From the NCBI GenBank assembly GCA_965263275.1, contig OZ253668.1:1855329-1919328 (forward strand): a DNA stretch of 64,000 bases, given 5' to 3'. The stretch comes from Thermodesulfobacteriota bacterium. Its GTDB lineage: Bacteria > Desulfobacterota_D > UBA1144 > Nemesobacterales > Nemesobacteraceae. The number at the start of each line of letters is the position of its first letter. The stretch's first letter is position 1. The position numbers and the translations under genes were made by a program. Positions 10,247-16,590 of the stretch are shown one piece after another. The notes beneath the pieces were generated by a model, which was given only the letters and a program-made list of their open reading frames with translations, was not told the DNA's origin and made no database searches.

Positions 10247-10256
10247 GGGGGGGGGG
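10247..10256 (+). repeat. G10 homopolymer in the 5' leader of the SRCR gene
   Basis: Ten consecutive G by hand count, ending 22 nt upstream of the ATG at 10279 and just upstream of the AAGGAGG RBS. Confidence 0.85.
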
Positions 10257-10278
10257 TATAACTGTTAAGGAGGTCGAA

Positions 10279-11169
10279 ATGAAAGGAATAAGAGGCGTTG
10301 GAAAAACGGTTTTGATTATGGTGACCTTTTTTCTTTTTAGTTCTTGGAATGCCTTGGCACAAGACATAGATAATACGGTAGAGACTGTGTGGTCGGCAAC
10401 TATGACGGTAGGCAGCTTTACCGCCCGTGACGGCACGGTTTACCTCGGATATGAATCCGGCATATTCCTAGGCGATCTCACCGACAACAATTTCTCTTAT
10501 GAAGGTGTTAATTACCGAGTTAAGGGAATCGTGAAGCTCGGGGATAAGATGAGGTTAGATTTCCTTAATAATGAAGTGGGTTTCAAAACAGCATGGAACA
10601 GCTACAACAAAACTTTTTATCTGAATATCGGGGATTCCGTGCAGCTTGATTTCAGGGACCGGACCATTCCTAGTGCTGACGAAGATGAAGACTATGGATT
10701 GCACGAGGATGAGGTGCGGCGTGAATGGATAGGCCAATCCTCTTATGACTGGGCTGATGGTCAGGAAATCATTGTAAGCATAACTACCAAATATCTTGAC
10801 GGTGCTCTTAAGTTGCCTTTGGATTTGTCTCTTCAGAGCGGTACTGTGACAGCCGGGACAATCGGACGATTAAAGATATTTGATGACACCGATGGTGACG
10901 GCACTGGGCGGTGGAAAAGAATATGCGATGACAATTGGGGAGATGCGGACGCGGTGGTTGCGTGCAGCCAGTTAGGCCTCTCTGGGGGCAGTGCGAGAAC
11001 CGGGAATCAGAGTTCACACCTGAGCATCAGTACCGCGGAAACCTTCTTGCTGGACCAAGTGGAATGCGTTGGTACGGAAGACAGGGTAATTGACTGTCCT
11101 CATGATGGCCGTGACGTGCACGATTGCGCTGCATGGGAAATTGCCGGGGTTGAATGTACTTCCCCTTAA
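10279..11169 (+). CDS. Secreted protein with a C-terminal SRCR (scavenger receptor cysteine-rich) domain
   Basis: RBS AAGGAGG precedes the ATG. Signal peptide MKGIRGVGKTVLIMVTFFLFSSWNALA. The C-terminal ~100 aa (GRLKIFDD...GRWKRICDDNWGDADAVVACSQLG...LLDQVECVGTEDRVIDCPHDG...HDC...IAGVEC) follows the SRCR consensus. Confidence 0.8.
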   Translation: MKGIRGVGKTVLIMVTFFLFSSWNALAQDIDNTVETVWSATMTVGSFTARDGTVYLGYESGIFLGDLTDNNFSYEGVNYRVKGIVKLGDKMRLDFLNNEVGFKTAWNSYNKTFYLNIGDSVQLDFRDRTIPSADEDEDYGLHEDEVRREWIGQSSYDWADGQEIIVSITTKYLDGALKLPLDLSLQSGTVTAGTIGRLKIFDDTDGDGTGRWKRICDDNWGDADAVVACSQLGLSGGSARTGNQSSHLSISTAETFLLDQVECVGTEDRVIDCPHDGRDVHDCAAWEIAGVECTSP

Positions 11170-11197
11170 ACCGTTTCAATAAAACTTGGGAGTTAAG

Positions 11198-11540
11198 ATG
11201 GATATGAACAGATCATTAAGACTGGCGGTATTTCTGTGTGTTCTTGCGGTTGCATTCTGATGGGTGCGTCGCTGTGGCCAGTGACACTCCCGGGCGTATA
11301 ACGGCCGGGGAAGTTGCGATGATGAAAGTCTGAGAGAATTCGTTGAATATGCGGTGGGGTGTCTTCAGGTACTCTGCCAGTTTTACCGAGGTGTTAGACC
11401 TGCTGTACGGTCTCAGGGAAGAGGGAGGAGACTGGAATGACGGAGCGTACGGTTTGGGCGACCGAGCGACGAAAACTTCGTGATCCATAGTACTGAGACA
11501 CTTCTCTTTTTCTTTAGAGTTATTTCAAAGCCCTGAACCT
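11198..11540 (+). pseudogene. Decayed remnant of a Cache-like 'GDWNDG' family gene; paralog of the gene at 40100
   Basis: Hand translation across three frames gives MDMNRSLRLAVFLCVLAVAF*, ..SDTPGRITAGEVAMMKV*, SLREFVEYAVG.., TEVLDLLYGLREEGGDWNDGAY.. and ENFVIHST. These are colinear with MKNLKFLVLLFC...RDPGLTATVRDASASLEDFVKHAAS...VLQLLKEFRNENGDWNDGSTY...VYIHP of the 40100 gene. Confidence 0.55.
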
Positions 11541-12016
11541 CGATTCATATTAATTATCCACTTTCGCTTTCTTCGCGTCAGCCTCTTCTGGCTACTCTCT
11601 GCGAGGCTGATGAGAAGCTGCGGTTCTAGGGTCTTCGGTCTGCTTTTTCTCCTTTCATTCTTCAATTGCTCCTCACTGTCATAGCTTCCCACTCTGCGTT
11701 GCCGCCTCTGTCTGCGTCGGCTTCTTTTGCTTTCATCTGTCGTAAACTCGCTTGAACCGGTTCATCCTGACTGTCTGCAGAAACCTTGTCTGATCCATGA
11801 ACATCTTTATTTTCGTTATGGAAGAGATAAATCTAGACAAACGCTCCGCTGGAAAAACGGATAAGTCATGCGCTATCAATCCAGATAGATGATGTACCAT
11901 TAATATGGGCTTGTCTGTCTCCTGGCATTGCGGTATTCTTGGTGGTAAAGCGGGTCGAGGGTGCCGATTCGCTTCCTGTGTAGGCGCGCTGTACTCAGCG
12001 CGGATTTAGAAAAGGT

Positions 12017-12664
12017 GTGACGGTCACACCGCTGGTAAAAGTAAAAAGGCTTATGGATGAACTTAAAAACCTGAGTCAGCAGGATCTCCAAGCCTTAAAA
12101 GAAAAATACGAATATACCTCAAGAGTCTTTCCAGACTCCGAATCGCTACTCGCTTTAGCTGAGGTCTATCTCGCACTTAGACAGGTAACAAAGGCCAGAA
12201 AGACTGTTTCCGATTTCACCCTTAACAAAGGTGATAGCAGCCGTGCGAGGTTTGTTCTCGCAAAAGCTCATCTTATGTGCTGGAATGCCACCGAGGCCGA
12301 GGAGGAACTTAGAAAAGCTCTTGAGCTTGACCCCCGCGACTCCCGAGCTTCCAAACTCCTTACCTACATATACAGAAGCAATGGAAAGATAGGTGAAGCT
12401 TTCAGGATTTCCTTGTTCTCTAGTCCCGGTTCGCTGAGCCAGGGAGAAAAACTACGAAAGCCCAGAGAACCTTCCCCCGCAGTGGAAAAAAAGAGCAAAT
12501 CACGAGCCGGGATTTTCGAAACTGAGACCATGCTTAATCTTTACGTCTCCCAAGGACTTTACGAAGACGCTCTCAAGATAGCTGAAACTCTCTGCGAAAT
12601 TGAGCCTGATAATCCCGCTTACCACCGCCGTCGTGATGAGATAAAGATCCTTATTGGCCAATAG
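12017..12664 (+). CDS. TPR-repeat protein
   Basis: Helical-repeat sequence ([70 protein letters not shown]). Start is GTG 12017 or ATG 12053. Confidence 0.7.
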   Translation: MTVTPLVKVKRLMDELKNLSQQDLQALKEKYEYTSRVFPDSESLLALAEVYLALRQVTKARKTVSDFTLNKGDSSRARFVLAKAHLMCWNATEAEEELRKALELDPRDSRASKLLTYIYRSNGKIGEAFRISLFSSPGSLSQGEKLRKPREPSPAVEKKSKSRAGIFETETMLNLYVSQGLYEDALKIAETLCEIEPDNPAYHRRRDEIKILIGQ

Positions 12665-12780
12665 CGAGGAATTTGGTTTTTCCGGGCGTAAAATCAACCT
12701 GGTTCCCATAGGCTTTTTGCGGCAAAGAACACTTGGTTGAAGCTAACCCAAGTTTACCAAGAAAACTCGTGAGTGGGACA

Positions 12781-15415
12781 TCAGGTCCATTTCTCTTCTA
12801 GCCGGGTTCTCCGCGAAATCGCAATCAGGGAAAGCATAATTAAAAGCAGGTTAAGCAGGGTGTTTTCCGGCATATTCCCCGCTCCCATATCCACAGCAAT
12901 CGCGCATCCCCCCCCCGTCTGTGGTTGTCGGTTGTTGCGTCTCTAATGGTGGATGCGACTGTTCTGTCGGTTGTTGCGGTTCTGATGGTGGATGCGACTG
13001 TTCTGTCGGTTGTTGCGTCTCTGTCGGTGGCGGCGGTGGCGGTGGTGGTGGTGGCGGTGGTGGCGGCGGCGGTGGTGGCGGCGGTGGTGGTGGCGGCGGC
13101 GGCGGAGAAGAAACATCGCCGAAGACCCAGGGACGGGCCTGCTTGATCGCCAGGATATTCTCGCTGGTGATCTTGAACTCTATTTCCATGGCGAACGGTT
13201 CATCGGCCGCGGGGTTGTACAGCCCCGCGAAGTGGTCATGGATCACTGTGAGGTGATCGCGCAACTGTATCAGTTGCGCGTCACTCATCAGGAGTTGCCC
13301 TGGCTCCACCAGGTTGGAGGTGGTAAGTACCCTGTATGTTCCATCCTTGTTCAACAGGATTTCCTCTGGCACCGAGAGCGCGTCGGGATTGGTGACCAGA
13401 TCCTCGCCGAGCTGCGTGTTGACGTAGTACCAGTCGTCACTGCCGGAGGTCAGGTCGGTCGGGTCAAAGCTGACGGCCACCCCGTTGGCCAACTCGTCTT
13501 TGTAGTTGGGATGGACCAGCACCCCCATCGCCGCGGCCAGATGATCGATGCGATAAAACTCGCGCTCGGTGAAGGCCCGGAAGGTCCACAGGCTCGCAAA
13601 CACCCCCTTGAGGGACTTGTCGATGCCGTCCTCCACCGTCTCATCGGGATTCTGGGTCTTGGAGTCGTACAGGCCCGCCCCGTTAAAGCCCGGCAGGTCT
13701 TCGTTGTTCGTGCTTGATCGGTAGCGTAGTGATTGCCCCTCCGGATACGTGGCGTGCATGGTGGTCAGGGCGTCGATTATCCCCTGGGGCGAGTCCGCGT
13801 CCTCGATATCGTCGCGCAGATCGTCGAGCATGTCGTCCTGGACGTCGAAGTCCGTCTGGAAGTCTGGGTCAGCCAGCATGGTTTCAATGCGGGCATAGAA
13901 ATCGTGGGCCTTCATGAACTCGTCGTAGAAATAAAACGGGATCGCAAACCCGTCGGGAACCGTCCCCTCGGGAAAACCAAGTGTCCCCAGCACGGCCACA
14001 TTCGCTGCCTTGACGCCGAATGCGGTCCAGTCCTCAAAGCCGATCTCACTGAGGGGCGTGATCTCGGTGACGGAGAGATCCCGTTCCGGCGTTTGTTCTG
14101 TGGCGGGTCGGGAAGACTCGTAGTGCGCGTCGACTTCTGCAACCGTGGCGGCCCCTATTTCCCATCCGTTCTCTGTCACTTCATAGCGGACGTAACTGCC
14201 GATGAGGGGCGCGATGGCAGGGTCGTCGCGGATGTCCCGGATGTAGGCGTTGGGGATGCCGTTCTGCACGGCGCGCAGGTTGACGTGCGAGAGCGGGGTT
14301 TGGGGCACGGTCGAGATGATGCCGGCCACGCGGGGCAGTTCGTTGGGTAGGGCCTCGTAGAGCACGATGTCGCGCGGGTGGGGCCGGTCGTCCGGGTCCA
14401 GGACTTGCAGCCGCCCGACCCCTTCCCCCGGGTTCAACGCCAGGAAGTGGATGTTGGAGTAGACGTCCCCGTCGAACACGAGGTTGATGCGGGATTCCCG
14501 GTACAACGGCAAATCGGACTGGATATACGGAAGCTCATGGTTCCGCACATACAAGGCCAAGTTGTCTTCGAGCAGCGGCATGCTGGCGGCGAGCAGCGTA
14601 TGGGTACGCTCCATAAGGCTGAAGGAGAAAGAGTAGCGGGAGGGGAGTGTATTTAACGAGTAAAGGTAGACGCCTTGGCTGCCATCGGGGGCAACGCGGT
14701 TCTGCCTATAGGCGATCGTGCCGAGAATTACCCGCTGCCGGTTGATATGCCTGTCATCCAAGAAGGTTTGATGTGTAGGGTGCGTATTGGCGTTGATGAA
14801 ATAGACACGCGGTCGGTCGGTGTCCATGCCGAGCAGAGCGAACTTGAAGTATCCTCCTATGGCAAGCGCATCGTATGTGTGCGTATCGGGAACAGCCACA
14901 GCCCCGTCGTTCAGTGGAACGTCGGTGGCAGGGTTGACTGGGTTCATGGCCCCCAGATCATTGAGCTCGGTGATGTCGTCGACACAGTCGCCGTCAACGT
15001 CAGCGGGGTCGGCGATGAGGTACTTCTCCACCCGGTAGCGCTCCTTGGGCAGCGCATCCACGTTTTCGGCCAGCGTGGTCGTGCCGGCTTCACCGCGCTT
15101 GACCAGTACCGGAATATCCACGGTCGTGTCTGCGTCCACCTCATGACTCACGTAAAGCACGAAGTAGTCGGCGGTCGTGGAGTTGACCACGATGGGAACG
15201 GCATTAACCTCTACCGCCGTCGGCGTTGTGTTATAGCTGTTTCCTGAACACATCTCTGACTGCGGGTTGCCCTGCGCCTGTATCGGCATCGGGGTGGCCA
15301 GTAGCGTGGCGAGTGCCAGCAGCGCTCCCGGTGCCGCGCGGAAAATCAGGAAGCGGGCGAGGCTTGCAAGACGGGCGAAACGCCCCCGATAGGGCTGGTG
15401 GTACTTCCGACGCAT
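12781..15415 (-). CDS. Secreted PEP/pyruvate-binding (PPDK_N, ATP-grasp) domain protein, copy A, with polyproline stalk. The C-terminal sorting tail is out of frame because of a G9 tract
   Basis: Signal peptide ...LLATPMPIQA. PPDK_N motifs FGVKAANVAVLG..VPDGFAIP, LRYRSSTNNEDLPGFNGAGLYDS, MGVLVHPNY, NGVAVSFDP, EIEFKI...ILAIKQARPW. The ORF as given stops at 12851. With 8 G instead of 9 it reads ...DGGGCAIAVDMGAGNMPENTLLNLLLIMLSLIAISRRTRLEEKWT* and ends at 12781. Confidence 0.8.
12908..12916 (-). repeat. G9 (plus-strand C9) homopolymer inside the PPDK_N copy A coding region
   Basis: Nine C by hand count. It sits exactly between the PT-rich repeats and the anchor-coding tail. Confidence 0.85.
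12917..13105 (-). repeat. Coding repeats: ~2.7 copies of a 39-bp unit (13-aa QQPTEQSHPP[SL]E[TP]) plus an 81-nt (CCR)27 polyproline tract
   Basis: 39-bp units at 12946-12984 and 12985-13023, with a partial copy at 12917-12945. Uninterrupted CCA/CCG codons 13025-13105 (27 Pro by hand count). Confidence 0.85.
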
Positions 15416-15774
15416 GGCGTCATACCGCCCAGCATCCCTCGGCGCCGCCCATATCTTGGGCGGTGCTATATGAGGCTGTAGGAGAAACGATTAAAAAGAG
15501 TAAAAGGTTGGAAAAACTTTCATCCATCATGGCACTCTCTGGGTTGTCAACATGGACTAGTTTAAAAAATTGCACTATATCAATAACTTACCGTTCCTTC
15601 CTTCTCCGTCAAGCAAAATTTGATAGGACCGACCGTAACTTCTTTTGATTGACCTGCTTATAGTGTGACTGGTGTGATGGAGCCGTTACCCTCGGCTGGC
15701 TTTGGACAGGTAGCCACGTTGTCAAACAGGGAACTTAAGTCAATGCCTGCGAAAAATTAGAGTTGAATCTGAAG

Positions 15775-15990
15775 CCTTACCCTCTCTGAAATTGAATCTT
15801 TTCTCTCCTCGAACACCGAGACCCTAGGCGATGATGTCCGGCTTTCTTTTTTTCAGTCAAATTCCGAAGGGGAAATAGTTACCGCAATACAGGATGCCTA
15901 CGGAAAGTTTGACGGAATAATCATAAACCCCGGCGCCTATACTCATACCAGCGTCGCCATAAGGGACGCCATACTCTCAACCGGAATGCC
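15775..15990 (+). pseudogene. aroQ 5' fragment created by the tandem duplication; lacks a start codon
   Basis: Matches aroQ 20937-21157 with substitutions and indels. About 100 bp including the ATG is deleted relative to 20832-20937. Confidence 0.8.
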
Positions 15991-16114
15991 TTACGTCTCC
16001 CAAGGACTTTACGAAGACGCTCTCAAGATAGCTGAAACTCTCTGCGAAATTGAGCCTGATAATCCCGCTTACCACCGCCGTCGTGATGAGATAAAGATCC
16101 TTATTGGCCAATAG
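15991..16114 (+). pseudogene. Duplicated 3' end of the TPR gene, fused in frame to the aroQ fragment
   Basis: Identical to 12541-12664. The junction reads ...ggaatgcc|ttacgtctcc, giving a chimeric [11 protein letters not shown]. Confidence 0.8.
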
Positions 16115-16230
16115 CGAGGAATTTGGTTTTTCCGGGCGTAAAATCAACCTGGTTCCCATAGGCTTTTTGCGGCAAAGAACACTTGGTTGAAGCTAACCCA
16201 AGTTTACCAAGAAAACTCGTGAGTGGGACA

Positions 16231-16365
16231 TCAGGTCCATTTCTCTTCTAGCCGGGTTCTCCGCGAAATCGCAATCAGGGAAAGCATAATTAAAAGCAGG
16301 TTAAGCAGGGTGTTTTCCGGCATATTCCCCGCTCCCATATCCACAGCAATCGCGCATCCCCCCCC
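16231..16365 (-). pseudogene. Orphan anchor-coding tail of PPDK_N copy B, severed by IS110
   Basis: Identical to 12781-12915. It ends in a C8 run that abuts the IS110 left end. In the G8 frame it encodes GCAIAVDMGAGNMPENTLLNLLLIMLSLIAISRRTR... Confidence 0.75.
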
Positions 16366-16590
16366 GATACCCTTTATCCAAGCTTAATTTAGCTAAAATT
16401 TAAGAATCAAGTTTAATAGAATTCACGGGCCACTCGATCGAGAGCTACCTGCCCCCCCTGCGCCTCTGAGCGCCTACTGGGGACTTGTGCCTCGGTCGAG
16501 TGCCGTGATGAATGATGTCCAGTAGGAAGTTCGTGCCTCTGAGCACCTCCGTATCGGAGCAGACACACACATCACGGCAAACCCGATTTA
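16366..16590 (+). ncRNA. Candidate IS110 bridge/seek RNA region (left non-coding end)
   Basis: ~225 nt upstream of the transposase with long-range complementary arms (cacgggccactcgatcgag / ctcggtcgagtgccgtg; cctactgg / ccagtagg) and duplicated gcctctgagc(g/a)cc motifs. One loop region carries a C7 run. Confidence 0.35.

Larger units (their letters stand above)
12541..15990. repeat. Tandem segmental duplication, unit A (TPR 3' end + PPDK_N gene + its upstream region + aroQ 5' fragment)
   Basis: 12541-12916 is near-identical to 15991-16365. 12917-15720 is colinear with 17983-20760. 15775-15990 matches aroQ 20937-21157. Confidence 0.9.

Noticed and set aside
12921-13717. Plus-strand ORFs encoding poly-Gly, Ala/Val-rich or Trp/Arg-rich peptides (12921-13256, 12925-13146, 12992-13717, and their twins 17987-18346, 17991-18236, 18058-18312); also the His/Arg-rich minus-strand ORF 18009-18206
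   Set aside because: These are alternative-frame or antisense readings of the (CCR)n polyproline tract and the 39-bp repeats. The PPDK_N frame has clear domain homology and the others have none.
14411-14887. A diversity-generating retroelement as the source of the hypervariable cassette
   Set aside because: The window contains no reverse transcriptase and no template-repeat/variable-repeat pair. Differences are not restricted to adenine-templated positions as far as I can see by eye.
13733-15247. Long plus-strand ORFs (13733-14350, 14675-15247, 18322-18801, 18817-19194 and others) opposite the PPDK_N genes
   Set aside because: Typical open antisense frames in GC-rich coding DNA. They have no motifs, RBS or plausible starts.
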